Shown here: piece by piece, positions 9,146 to 18,945 of the stretch
Layout of the letters: each line of letters opens with the position of its first letter
Position numbering within the stretch: position 1 is the first letter of the stretch
From: Candidatus Heimdallarchaeota archaeon
GTDB taxonomy: Archaea > Asgardarchaeota > Heimdallarchaeia > Hodarchaeales > Hodarchaeaceae
DNA length: 64,000 bases
Direction: 5' to 3'
Assembly (NCBI GenBank): GCA_048881705.1
Contig: JBHLSH010000009.1
Coordinates: 8,466-72,465 of the forward strand
Position numbers and translations under genes: made by a program
The notes under the pieces: generated by a model
Told to the model about the DNA's origin: nothing
What the model saw: the letters and a program-made list of their open reading frames with translations, nothing else
The model's database searches: none

Positions 9146-9995
9146 TCTGAAATTTGAAATCTAATGCATCCTGATCAATAATTTGGCGGATTGCTTGGTT
9201 TATATACTCGTCATGTGAGCGCTTGTGCATTGCGCCGAGCTTCAATGCATAACGCCCAATATTAACCCCATCTCTAACGGTATATGGCCGATCTTCTTCA
9301 TGGGCAGCTTGGAGGAACGTTACGATCTGTTTAACCAAATCATCAGGAGCAAACGGGAGGTTATACTTTATTATCTTATATTCATCTTCAGGCCCAGGAA
9401 ATCCTACTTCGATGATTGGCTGGAGCCGAGAATCGATATATTCTGGGATTTCATAGGTTGAAGCATCCTCGTTTACTGTTACGCAGGTACGGAAGTCAGG
9501 ATGGGCATAAACGATAATTCCAGCAATAATACTTTCAATATATCTCCGATGATCTAAGAGCGGCGCCAAGGACGCCCAAGACTTTTCAGACATCCGATTT
9601 CCTTCATCCAAAATACAAATCCCCCCATAAATCATGGCGGTGACAAGTGGGGAAGCGTGATACTTAATTTTTCCCTCAGCTGAAATTACTGGTGTTATCA
9701 GTAAATCTTCTGGACGTGTATCCATCGTACATTGGTAGATCCAGCAATTTTCGTTCAACAATTTGGCACAGGAAAACGCAAGAGTGGTCTTTCCAATCCC
9801 TGGTTTCCCAATTAGACGTGGGGTGAGGGGGAGATCTTCTGGATCGACCTTAAGCCATGCTGCCAGAAGCTGGCGTTTCAAGGCATCCTGGCCTATCCAT
9901 TCGGTTTTGAAATCGACGGGGGGGCTAAGAAACAATTGAACTCCTTGGATCTCGGTAGTTTCAAAAGTAGGTTGCTGAGGCGGGGCGCTCATCAC
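9114..9995 (-). CDS. MoxR/CbbQ-NirQ-type AAA+ ATPase
   Basis: Walker A GKPGIGKT, Walker B ICILDEGNRM, HPDFR...TVN, and an arginine finger in SRL. Confidence 0.9.
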   Translation of the reverse strand: MMSAPPQQPTFETTEIQGVQLFLSPPVDFKTEWIGQDALKRQLLAAWLKVDPEDLPLTPRLIGKPGIGKTTLAFSCAKLLNENCWIYQCTMDTRPEDLLITPVISAEGKIKYHASPLVTAMIYGGICILDEGNRMSEKSWASLAPLLDHRRYIESIIAGIIVYAHPDFRTCVTVNEDASTYEIPEYIDSRLQPIIEVGFPGPEDEYKIIKYNLPFAPDDLVKQIVTFLQAAHEEDRPYTVRDGVNIGRYALKLGAMHKRSHDEYINQAIRQIIDQDALDFKFQSEQEAGKFNG

Positions 9996-10031
9996 GTATT
10001 CTTCCGAGATTTGTGCTCATCTTTTCAGTGG

Positions 10032-10331
10032 TTAATGTAGACTGCTCAGTTTTTCTAGACTCGGTCGGATATTTATATCCTTTAGAAGGCTTAACTCTCG
10101 TTGATCTGGGATGATCAACGTTTCATTCCAATAGACAGCTTGGAATGAGATAAAATGGGGAAAAAAATCAGGGAATGCCCTCTCTGCAGCTCGATCATGC
10201 TCTTGGATAAGGCGGTTCCTTGAAATCGGCCATGAAATAGGGCAGTCTATCTTTGCCAGCTTAATCCAAAGTTTTATATCGCTATCTAAGTCAGGGTATT
10301 GATTGCACAGGTTGATTAATCTTGAGATCAT
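10032..10331 (-). CDS. Hypothetical protein
   Basis: 99-aa ORF whose start overlaps the stop of the ACT gene; co-oriented with its neighbours. Confidence 0.55.
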   Translation of the reverse strand: MISRLINLCNQYPDLDSDIKLWIKLAKIDCPISWPISRNRLIQEHDRAAERAFPDFFPHFISFQAVYWNETLIIPDQRELSLLKDINIRPSLEKLSSLH

Positions 10332-10705
10332 AAGGATGCTCGAGCTTTGTCTAAATCATCCACTCCGAAAACGGCGCCTCTGTATGAACCATAAAGAAGG
10401 TCAATATTAACACCAGCGTTTGCCATTCGCCGGCATAATTCACCAAGCGAACCTGGTTTATCTTCAAGATCATGTACAAGTACTTCTCTTTCTTCTCGGA
10501 CTTCAAATCCAGCTTTTTCAAGTACACTCTTGGCCGATGTTGCATCGTCTACCAAGATATGAAGAACACCTTCGCCTTCGCAGGGAAATCCACAAATCCC
10601 TTCCATATTGATATTTGCTTTTCCAAGCGCCTCACCCAGATCAGCAAGTGTGCCAGGCTTATTTTGAAGTATTACGGTTAAATCTCTCATACTCATCAGC
10701 TCCAA
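10328..10705 (-). CDS. Tandem ACT-domain protein
   Basis: Two NKPGTL/DKPGSL ACT repeats with ANINM/GVNID. Confidence 0.9.
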   Translation of the reverse strand: MELMSMRDLTVILQNKPGTLADLGEALGKANINMEGICGFPCEGEGVLHILVDDATSAKSVLEKAGFEVREEREVLVHDLEDKPGSLGELCRRMANAGVNIDLLYGSYRGAVFGVDDLDKARASL

Positions 10706-10882
10706 TCATGTTTTTTGTATAATTTTCGAAATTGCCTTCTGTGATCTTATAATTGTTGTGTCCAGAAAAACGTCAAAAATGGGTAGTGTCAGTATCCAAA
10801 AGTTTCTTACCTGTATCTTTCGTAAATCTAGGGATTATACGCCGTCTAATACCGAAAAAATCCCATGATCGAAACTTCAGGA

Positions 10883-12085
10883 TCAGATGGATTGCCAACC
10901 ATTGAAGTAGAACGAGAAGAGAAGATTAGCTAATAAAACTCCAAGCGCAAAATATCGAACAAGAGACAGATGTTGCCGAAAACGGGGCCCGAGATATGAG
11001 GCCAGCAATTTATCGCCATCAAGGAAGGGAATAGGTAATAGATTCATTATAGCCAACATAAGGTTGAGAGTAAAAATGTAAAGTACACAGTTAAAGAGCC
11101 AATATGGGATTAAATTCAAAAAAACCGAGGCAGGAAAAAAGCGGGGAGGATAGAATTCCCATGTACGTACACCAATAAATCCTTTACTCGTGTTATCCGA
11201 ACGGGGAATGGTTTGAAGAATAATCGGGAGAATCTCCGGATTAGCAAAATGAAAGGTCAAGGTTTGATTGGGAAGAACGGCTGTGTCCACAAAGCTATGG
11301 AAATCATTTACGGAATGGATAATGTATTCTTGACTGGAGGATTCGATCCTTACAATGGCATAACCAGGTTTCAATCCAGCTAGTGCAGCGGGATTCTCAG
11401 GAATTGTTTCGATTATAAGAGCCCCTTCAGATTCCGCCTGATACAGGGGCGTGATTAGAAGGGGAAAACCTTGTGGAATGACAAGAATGGTGAAAAAAAA
11501 GCCTGCGACAAGCATATTCGAAAGGGCGCCAGCTGCCATGATACGCATGATAGCCCGACGAGACTTTGAATTGAGACTCTGTTCATCGGGTTCTACAAAA
11601 GCACCGAAAAGAACAAAAAATACAAAAAGCCCTGTACTTTTGAGTTCAACGCCCTCCACGCGCGCGGCAATGCCATGAGCAAACTCATGAACGGCAGCAC
11701 CAATCATAATCGCAACAAAGAAGTAGGGGAGAGATTGCAATGAGACTGTTATCCCAGGTATTACTGGAGTGACCACAATGGCTGTGCCCCCATTGGTTCC
11801 ATCGGGAGATGGTAGAAAAAAGAGAGGAATGTTAATTGTAAATACCAACAGACCTATCAGTAAAATCCCGATTCCAGATACGATTCCGATATCAAAAACA
11901 AATTTCCAGCCTGTTTTCCCCCTACTCGCCAGTCTATCAATAAATCGGTTTAACCTGGTCGTACGGTACATAGCATAACCCAATCCAATGGATGGATTCT
12001 TAACACTAAACCACGGGATACGGGATATCGTGTGAAGGGTAAACCAAGCAAAGGCGATTATTAAGAGAAATGTTATTGGATCCAC
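10883..12085 (-). CDS. Site-2 protease (M50) with PDZ domain
   Basis: HEFAH zinc motif, GALSN, NLLPIPFLDG, and a PDZ-like segment (PAALAGLKPG). Confidence 0.92.
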   Translation of the reverse strand: MDPITFLLIIAFAWFTLHTISRIPWFSVKNPSIGLGYAMYRTTRLNRFIDRLASRGKTGWKFVFDIGIVSGIGILLIGLLVFTINIPLFFLPSPDGTNGGTAIVVTPVIPGITVSLQSLPYFFVAIMIGAAVHEFAHGIAARVEGVELKSTGLFVFFVLFGAFVEPDEQSLNSKSRRAIMRIMAAGALSNMLVAGFFFTILVIPQGFPLLITPLYQAESEGALIIETIPENPAALAGLKPGYAIVRIESSSQEYIIHSVNDFHSFVDTAVLPNQTLTFHFANPEILPIILQTIPRSDNTSKGFIGVRTWEFYPPRFFPASVFLNLIPYWLFNCVLYIFTLNLMLAIMNLLPIPFLDGDKLLASYLGPRFRQHLSLVRYFALGVLLANLLFSFYFNGWQSI

Positions 12086-12536
12086 GATGTCACATCTCTT
12101 AAGATGTCGAAAAATATCCCCAGAATCCTTTTTCTATTAATTTCCGGCGAACTTTCTTCGCATTGATAGTGATAGCCGCATATCTCATTGAACCACACCG
12201 TAAAGGAATAGACTTTCTTTTATTTTGAGTGCATTGCCAGGATAAGCGTTTAAAAAACACGAGAACGCGTAATTAGATACCTTTTGATTCATGGGCACCG
12301 TAGAAATTCAACTAAAAAACATAGACCAACGATTTTTGGGGACGTCCATGGCAGCTTGGAAGAGAGACCCACCAATTGTACAACAATAATCTTAAAACGT
12401 AAAAATCAGGGGAATCATTGAGAGTGATTGGCCAATGACGTCTCTAGCCCTCCAAGAGGTTGGGTCTCTAACCCTCCCGTGATGATGATTTTGAGTTCCA
12501 AGGCCGCCTCTCGTTCTTCTCCTGATCACAGGTTTT

Positions 12537-13037
12537 TCAAGAAGATCTTACTTGATCGTCCTTGCGGATCCGGGTGCTTCGCTCTAGGGTACCATCGGGA
12601 CGAGTGACAGTAGGACATATAATAATAGTCAGGCGGGTTTTTTTTGATTCTTCACGGGCCCTATTGATAGCAATTGCTCCTGAACATGTTTCCTGAGACA
12701 CGACTAAGGCCGCGAGGTTTGATTGTTCTGCTAACTTACGATCCTTTCCCTGAATATCTAAGCGGGAAAAATAAACATTTGTGGGCCGGTCTCGGAGGTG
12801 ATCTCGTATTTGATTTTCCCGAGTTGGATACGGCTGGATCAATTCTCGATACTTTTTCCGTGAATTATCCAAATAAGTGGCGGTGGTTAGTCCTATATGT
12901 ATACTTTCGCCGAAATAGGCCGCTAAATCCAAAAGAAGCTTGTGGCCATCGTGTAATCGATCGAATGTTCCTCCCATTCCAACACTCACAAACTGCCTTT
13001 TTCCTGACCTTCGCGCTGGAAATGAACGGGATTTCAT
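12537..13037 (-). CDS. coaD: Phosphopantetheine adenylyltransferase, archaeal/eukaryotic type
   Basis: GGTFDRLHDGHK (HxGH), LVVSQET and RSTRIR motifs. Confidence 0.88.
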   Translation of the reverse strand: MKSRSFPARRSGKRQFVSVGMGGTFDRLHDGHKLLLDLAAYFGESIHIGLTTATYLDNSRKKYRELIQPYPTRENQIRDHLRDRPTNVYFSRLDIQGKDRKLAEQSNLAALVVSQETCSGAIAINRAREESKKTRLTIIICPTVTRPDGTLERSTRIRKDDQVRSS

Positions 13038-13206
13038 TACAAAATCTGAGGTCCAAAAGGCTTTAATAATGCATCTCTCGAAAATATCGTGGAGACACTA
13101 TTCTTCTTTTTACGAGGACAGGATGAGTCGGGTTCCCCCCTCTATGATTCCGAGTGCAAACAAGAAGAAACATCCCGTAGGCATTTCTCCACCATGATTA
13201 GGAGAC

Positions 13207-13522
13207 GGGCTCTCGCTAGAGGTAGGATGTGTCATCCACCGATGAGCGATTCTGGGTCAACCCTCCTAACCAACAGGAGAATGCGGGATCGGTAAAAGCC
13301 CTGCATGAGAGAATTCGGCTGAATCACGTCGAACGACGGATCCGTGTGGTCGAGCGTTAGTGTATAGGGCTACAGATCCATACTCTTAAGGATGCCCCGA
13401 GTTACGAGGGAATCGGGGGCTTGGGCAGAAACCTTGGGCACGGGACTTCCACTCCTTCCCGTGTCATCAGTACCGCAACGGAATTCTGCCTGGACTGTGC
13501 AAGACACGCCTAGAGAACGCCC
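13207..13522. other. Hairpin-rich non-coding stretch; candidate structured RNA or mobile-element remnant
   Basis: At least six stems, including a three-way junction (13424-13490), and possible pairing of the two ends; no convincing ORF. Confidence 0.35.
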
Positions 13523-13875
13523 CTAAGAAAGTCGTGCACTATGAGGTTGGCGATGAGTAGGAGATGGTACCGGAGAGAGGAATGGCCATGAGTTAGGCTT
13601 TCATTTAATTGGCGTAACTCGTTTGACTGATAGATGTACTGGTATAACCTCCAGATGTTGCCTTCTACTTGTTCTAGCTCGTGAGCGAGGGCCTCAAAAT
13701 CTATTGTTCCTTTGGCTTCCCAGGTGTACCGATTGGTGCGGGGGGAGCGAATGGTGCGCGTCATGCTAGCGGCAATACCTAGATGTAACAAATCTTCCCC
13801 TAATCTTCTATTTCTTCTAAATCTTAGATCTGGATCTAAATCCTTTAATTCTTGTTGTTGTCTTGCATAAGCCAC
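13510..13875 (-). CDS. Hypothetical protein; true start may be the internal ATG of MTRTIRS (84 aa)
   Basis: Protein-like C-terminal 84 aa; the N-terminal extension is AT-rich and low complexity. Confidence 0.4.
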   Translation of the reverse strand: MAYARQQQELKDLDPDLRFRRNRRLGEDLLHLGIAASMTRTIRSPRTNRYTWEAKGTIDFEALAHELEQVEGNIWRLYQYIYQSNELRQLNESLTHGHSSLRYHLLLIANLIVHDFLRGVL

Positions 13876-15059
13876 CTTTGATGCTTCTTGTAATCGCGGT
13901 AAACAAATATGAGGGGTAAAACTACTAATGGAACAAATGTTAACACCCCAACAACAGAGTTAATGGTGTTTTCAGATATAAAAGAGGCCCCACCCGTGGT
14001 TGTCCGAAAACTCCACTCTTTTCGATACCCGACAGCCCAGCCATGGGTTTCGTTGGCAAAGGAAATCGAAGAAGGTCCAGACGAATCAGGAAGAGGTGTC
14101 CAGGTGGCCCCACCATTCTCAGTGACATGGATTCCATAGTACCCCACGGCCCAGCCTTTCGATTCGGAGATGAATTCAATGTCCAATAATGCATTGGGTA
14201 CTTCTAGGGGGATAAAGGGGCGATAGCGGTATTGAAGCACCCAATGATCGCCGCCATCGGTGGTCCCGAAAATGCTGTTCTCGTATCCGACCACCCAGCC
14301 CCGATGATCGTCCCAAAAGAAAATATCCCGAAAATTCGTTGAAACGCCAGCGTCTTGGACTTCATACGATTGCCACCCCGTGGTAGTCCGTATGATGTTA
14401 CCAAAGCCACCTGATGCCCAGCCATGAGTATTATTCACCATGGTAAAATCAAGGAGAGCGAGAGAGACGTTAGAAACGAAGTTCCAGCTTTGGTTTGTAA
14501 TATTGATTCGGAAAAAAGTACGAGTTCCTAACACCCAGGCGGTGTTTTCATCGGTGGTAACAACATCCCATAAATAAGTTCCCCACCATCCATCTGGTGC
14601 TCTCTTATCATCTAGCAAGATCCATGACAGCCCCCCATCCCGCGTAATTAGAATCTCTGCCCTTTTGCTTACTACAGTGCCCACATCAGCATTAAAAAAG
14701 TCCATAGCTTGAATACTAGAATTGATTCCCGAGTGTTGAGGGGCCCAGGACAATCCCCCATCGGTGGTTGCCATTATCAGGCCGTCCTCTCCACCAATCC
14801 ATCCATGGAAGGAGTCGCCAAAATCAAGGGCGGTCACCCCTGTTGCGGGATATGTCGCGATGTTTATTGGACGCCATCCTGTGGGTACGCCCTCCAAGTA
14901 AACCATAAATGGGAAACGTAAAAACGTCAGCCCGAGAAAAATGGTTGCCCACACCAAAACAAATATCGCTACTAGGGCGATCGGCCGTGATTTTCGGGTC
15001 TCTATCTGAAAAGGCATTATTCTGCCTGACATATCCATTAACTCCTCCTTCGACTCCAA
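13845..15059 (-). CDS. YCF48/BNR (Asp-box) beta-propeller membrane-anchored protein
   Basis: Repeated TTDGGLSW/TRDGGLSW/TTDGGDHW/TENGGATW Asp-boxes; N- and C-terminal hydrophobic helices. Confidence 0.88.
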   Translation of the reverse strand: MESKEELMDMSGRIMPFQIETRKSRPIALVAIFVLVWATIFLGLTFLRFPFMVYLEGVPTGWRPINIATYPATGVTALDFGDSFHGWIGGEDGLIMATTDGGLSWAPQHSGINSSIQAMDFFNADVGTVVSKRAEILITRDGGLSWILLDDKRAPDGWWGTYLWDVVTTDENTAWVLGTRTFFRINITNQSWNFVSNVSLALLDFTMVNNTHGWASGGFGNIIRTTTGWQSYEVQDAGVSTNFRDIFFWDDHRGWVVGYENSIFGTTDGGDHWVLQYRYRPFIPLEVPNALLDIEFISESKGWAVGYYGIHVTENGGATWTPLPDSSGPSSISFANETHGWAVGYRKEWSFRTTTGGASFISENTINSVVGVLTFVPLVVLPLIFVYRDYKKHQRWLMQDNNKN

Positions 15060-15162
15060 CGCCTGCTGGATACGTCCTGAACCTCTGCTCGCAAGTGGAA
15101 TATTTCTTTATTATCACCTTTCAACACCACGGTTATATAAATTTTTTCTTTGCCCTCCCAAA

Positions 15163-15811
15163 ATGATTGTAACTGTAAAAGAAATAGCTGGCTCAAGCAA
15201 AAGGGTATTCAAACGAGTTTCCAATAGCACACTGATTGAGAATCTTCATGAAATGATTCGCTTGGTTAAACAAGCTTTTGGAGTAATGGCAGAGGGAACG
15301 CTACTTCGGGTGGGGTTTAATCCCAAGTCGTTCTGTGCGAATAACATGGGTCTGAGGTCTCACAGCGGATGCCCAAAGATGATGTGCGGTATCGATTCAG
15401 GGACGTCCAACATTAAAGGTGAGACCCCTTCGCACTCACTTGAAATGAACATTAGGTGTTTAATCTTCTTCCACACATTGGCCTCTTCCCTACCATGGAT
15501 TTGATGTGATTGCGGGTTTTACGGGGTATTTGTCAGATCATTCGGGGAGAGCTGGTAACAATAAATTCGTGGTTACCAAAGGAACTTTTGGGGTGATAGT
15601 CCACGATTCTACCATGGATAACCTAGTCCAACACGAAGCATCTCATATGTACGGAGCCCTTGAACGTTGGGATTGGGAATGGTGGTTGGGTCAACCGTCC
15701 GTCATGAGTAAACCAACGGGTTTATATAACGCGGATCATTGTGGATGGGCAGATTTAATCCGTATGGAGCCGGGCGAAGGACAGTTCGATGGCACTTGGG
15801 AATTCCGGTAA
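15163..15811 (+). pseudogene. Fragmented zinc metallopeptidase
   Basis: The 3' fragment carries HEASHMYGA (HExxHxxG); upstream in the same frame are several stops (LK*TLGV*SSSTHW...). Confidence 0.5.
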
Positions 15812-16343
15812 GAGGCGCCTTTGGGCCTTTCTCCTCTTTTTTTTGCTGGCACTTGGGGTATTCGTCATCTCGGTTCTCCGATTTCCCATTTTCGGGATCC
15901 AGTGGATAGAAAACTACGAACAGATACCGCCCACCCATTTTTATTACGGAAACAACACAGAGGAAACACAGATAGCCACTCAGGGGGTCGCGGTGGTCAA
16001 TGAGGCGTGGGTGGAAATCTATTGCCACTTATACGCGAATTCAACAAACAAAATTACCCTTGTTCCCACCCGTGCTTATTGGAATCTGACTTCGATCTCT
16101 GTAGCGCCAGGACAGATCATTAACGTCACCGTGACCAATGGTAATTTAAACTTGGATTCGGATGTGGCGGCTGGGCTTCAACTATATATTGTCCGCCCAT
16201 CGGCCGACGATGTGGTGCAAGGGGTGTTGATCTTAAGGGTCATCACGCCCGGCTGGCAGAAAGTCTCGTGGGAATGGTTCGCAGGCCTAGGAGCCCTCAT
16301 TCCTCTTACCTTTCTCAAAAAACTGAAAAAGAAACACAGGTAA
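15789..16343 (+). CDS. Hypothetical membrane-anchored protein
   Basis: N-terminal TM helix, beta-rich N-glycosylatable middle, C-terminal TM helix and basic tail. Confidence 0.7.
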   Translation: MALGNSGKRRLWAFLLFFLLALGVFVISVLRFPIFGIQWIENYEQIPPTHFYYGNNTEETQIATQGVAVVNEAWVEIYCHLYANSTNKITLVPTRAYWNLTSISVAPGQIINVTVTNGNLNLDSDVAAGLQLYIVRPSADDVVQGVLILRVITPGWQKVSWEWFAGLGALIPLTFLKKLKKKHR

Positions 16344-16837
16344 AATCTGTCTTAAGGATAGCAACAGCCGCACCCAGGGAAGGAAAAGAAACAAAACGAT
16401 GATTCACTGTAGGGTGAAATATCGACCCACCGTTGAGGATTTTTTATATGTTCGATGTGATTTTTCATTCGATATGGGATATTAGTCATTGAGAGAGACA
16501 AGGGAAAAATGTGGGAATTTTTCTGAGATCTCCAAAATCAGGGATTTTTGAAATGGTTTAGATCTATTAAATAGATAGATTCGATGGTTCGTCTTCCTAC
16601 TACTAAATGGATGAGTAATCTCTTTAATGACATTAGAGTGTTTTTTCCAGATATTAAGGGTTTCTGGTTACGAATAAATCCTTTTTTTAGAACCTCGAGT
16701 TCATTATCCCCTTCCCTGGCTGGAAAATAATGCTTTTTACCCTCAGTGTTCATGACATTAGGGAGTGAATTCCAGGTTTGATACCTTTAAAAAAGGTGAA
16801 AAAAGAAAAGTCATAAAATCAGGCGTTGGTTTGAAAT

Positions 16838-17428
16838 TTGGCTCTCGATCCGATACAGCTGATATCCAAAACACTTGTAGATTGGAACTTCATTGTACTG
16901 ATCATTGGGGGACTCCTCGCAGCATCATGGTTAATCGTAAGGTTGGCAGGCGTAAGTGCAGAGGATCTCTCAAGTACCGTCGAGAAATTAGCAATCATTG
17001 GATTGGTGGTTGGAGGCATTTCTCTTATCACCGTTGGGGCGGGCATTTATCTTTTCTCTCACAATATAATGGGAGATACTCCATTTGACATAGTAACAAT
17101 TGTATGCTTAGTATTACTTGGATTCATACTAATTTTGCGCCCTATCAAGGATTTTCGGTTCGGAGCCTTCCTTTCCCTAGGAATTGGGTTATTAGGTGCA
17201 GGATTTCTGGTCTTTTTTGGAACTGATTCCGTTAAATTATTGGCAGGGGCCTTTCTCCTGTTATTTTTCGTTATTTATGGAGCAATAAAACTAGTGGAGG
17301 ATCTTTACCTCCTTATTGCTGAAACCCTCTCTTCTCCATTAATTTCCGTTGGGATTGGCATCATGTGCGTGCTACAAGGAGTACTAGAACTTCTTGGGAC
17401 TTCAATCTTTGTAATATTAGGCGGATAG
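16838..17428 (+). CDS. Hypothetical polytopic membrane protein
   Basis: 196 aa, about 6 hydrophobic helices. Confidence 0.8.
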   Translation: MALDPIQLISKTLVDWNFIVLIIGGLLAASWLIVRLAGVSAEDLSSTVEKLAIIGLVVGGISLITVGAGIYLFSHNIMGDTPFDIVTIVCLVLLGFILILRPIKDFRFGAFLSLGIGLLGAGFLVFFGTDSVKLLAGAFLLLFFVIYGAIKLVEDLYLLIAETLSSPLISVGIGIMCVLQGVLELLGTSIFVILGG

Positions 17429-17435
17429 CGCCTTT

Positions 17436-17948
17436 CTAGGCCTCTATTTCCAATCGTACAGGACTTTTTGAAATCAGGCTTGCAATCTGTTCGGATTGTT
17501 CTATCGGGAATCTTAAATTGGTAGGATCACCTTTCAAGGTGATTTTAAGCTCAATATCTCCGTCAGGGGGAACGAAAAGCTGATCGATTTCCAAAATTTC
17601 CAAAGGTGCAAAGAAATGGGCAAAGGCGGAGCGTTGTCCCGATCCGAGCTCCACAATTTCTATTTGACTATTTATCTGGTCTTCCAAAAACGCTTTTATG
17701 TCCTTGTTGTTCTGAATATTGGCGCCATTTCGTATTAGTAATACAATGGTGTCATCCTCGTCAATCTGATGTGCCCGAGATAGCGTAACGTTTTGCAGGA
17801 GCTTGGGGTATTTTTGATCGGCCAAACCAAAAGCTTTAGAGACCTCAACGTCCAGGGATGTGATTTTCTTCTTACGAAGTTTTAATTTGCATTTCTTACA
17901 TAGGATGCCAGTACGCGCGTCAAATGCACAAATAGGTGTAATAACCAC
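17436..17948 (-). CDS. Archaeal Zn-finger NusA-like KH-domain protein
   Basis: N-terminal PICxFDxxTGILCxxC, followed by degenerate KH-like segments. Confidence 0.7.
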   Translation of the reverse strand: MVITPICAFDARTGILCKKCKLKLRKKKITSLDVEVSKAFGLADQKYPKLLQNVTLSRAHQIDEDDTIVLLIRNGANIQNNKDIKAFLEDQINSQIEIVELGSGQRSAFAHFFAPLEILEIDQLFVPPDGDIELKITLKGDPTNLRFPIEQSEQIASLISKSPVRLEIEA

Positions 17949-17969
17949 GATATCTACCTCACATTTATC

Positions 17970-18896
17970 TCATAATAGGTTTTTAAGCACAGCGGCAACA
18001 GTGTGCAGCCGATTTTCGGCCTCATCAAAAACAACTGAGTGTTCACCATAAATAACCTCGTCTGTAACCTCTTCGTGATGCCGCGGAAGGCAATGCATGA
18101 ATATATAATCGTTAGCCGCATGCTGGACAAGCGAGGCATTTACCTGATAGCCTGCAAACTTTTGGAGCTTTTCTTGAGCCTGAGCTTCCTGCCCCATCGA
18201 GATAAAGGTATCAGTAACTACCACGTTTGCATCTTTAACCGCATTAATTGGATCTAAAGTTGTTTTCACTTGATCGGAACGACTTTGGTTCTGTTTGCAG
18301 TATTCAACAATGGATGGATCAGGTTCATATCCTTCTGGCGTAGCAATACGCATGTTCATTCCCATCTTTACAGAACCGAGCATTAAGGAATGACAGACGT
18401 TATTTCCGTCGCCAATCCAAGCAATGTCGATATTGCTAAGTTTCCCGAATTTTTCCTTAATAGTTAGAATGTCAGCAAGGCCCTGAAGAGGGTGAAACTG
18501 ATCGGAAAGCGCATTGATTACGGGAATACCTGCGTGCCTTGCTAGTGCTTCTATGTCCTGATGTGCAAAGACTCGAGCAAGAATTCCCGACACCATCCGT
18601 CCTAACACCTTAGCGGTATCGTAAAGAGACTCATTTACACCGAGTTGAATATCATCCTTGCCCAAGAATAAAGCGTGACCTCCTAGCTCGGCCATGGCAG
18701 TTTCTGTCGAAACTCTTGTACGAGTAGAACGTTTTTGGAAAATCATTCCCAATGTTTTTCCATGTAAGGGCTTATCGAGGATTAACTCTGAACGATGCGA
18801 TTTGAATCGTGAGGCCTCATCGAGGAGAAAACGGATTTCTTCTGATGTAAGATCCATCAGTGTTAATAGTGATCGTCCTCTTAAATTAGATTCCAT
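17970..18896 (-). CDS. argF: Ornithine carbamoyltransferase
   Basis: STRT, HPLQ, GDGNNV, SMG and HCLP motifs. Confidence 0.96.
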   Translation of the reverse strand: MESNLRGRSLLTLMDLTSEEIRFLLDEASRFKSHRSELILDKPLHGKTLGMIFQKRSTRTRVSTETAMAELGGHALFLGKDDIQLGVNESLYDTAKVLGRMVSGILARVFAHQDIEALARHAGIPVINALSDQFHPLQGLADILTIKEKFGKLSNIDIAWIGDGNNVCHSLMLGSVKMGMNMRIATPEGYEPDPSIVEYCKQNQSRSDQVKTTLDPINAVKDANVVVTDTFISMGQEAQAQEKLQKFAGYQVNASLVQHAANDYIFMHCLPRHHEEVTDEVIYGEHSVVFDEAENRLHTVAAVLKNLL

Positions 18897-18945
18897 TTTT
18901 ATCTCTCTTTTTGGTTTCTATTGAAATACATTAGGTCAAGTGCAT

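Noticed and set aside
12478-12530. Possible C/D-box sRNA (ATGATGA ... CTGA)
   Set aside because: The boxes are only about 35 nt apart, with no clear C'/D' pair or proper terminal stem.
13424-13490. Hammerhead ribozyme (CTGATGA next to a stem on the minus strand)
   Set aside because: The required GAAA after stem II is absent on that strand (it reads CCCAAGG).
13207-13522. Identification as RNase P RNA, SRP RNA or lysine/cobalamin riboswitch
   Set aside because: Partial look-alikes exist (GGAAGTCC, GGGGGCTT, TAGAGGT), but the P4 pseudoknot spacing, the SRP helix-8 CAGG-GNRA-AGCA motif and the riboswitch cores are not present in the right order.
5110-15811. Genome-wide stop-codon reassignment or Sec/Pyl recoding suggested by several in-frame stops
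   Set aside because: TAA, TAG and TGA all terminate conserved genes elsewhere in the window, and the interrupted genes use different stops. Pseudogenisation is the simpler explanation.
16538-16753. 71-aa minus-strand ORF in an intergenic gap
   Set aside because: No motif and no operon coupling; it cannot be distinguished from a chance ORF.
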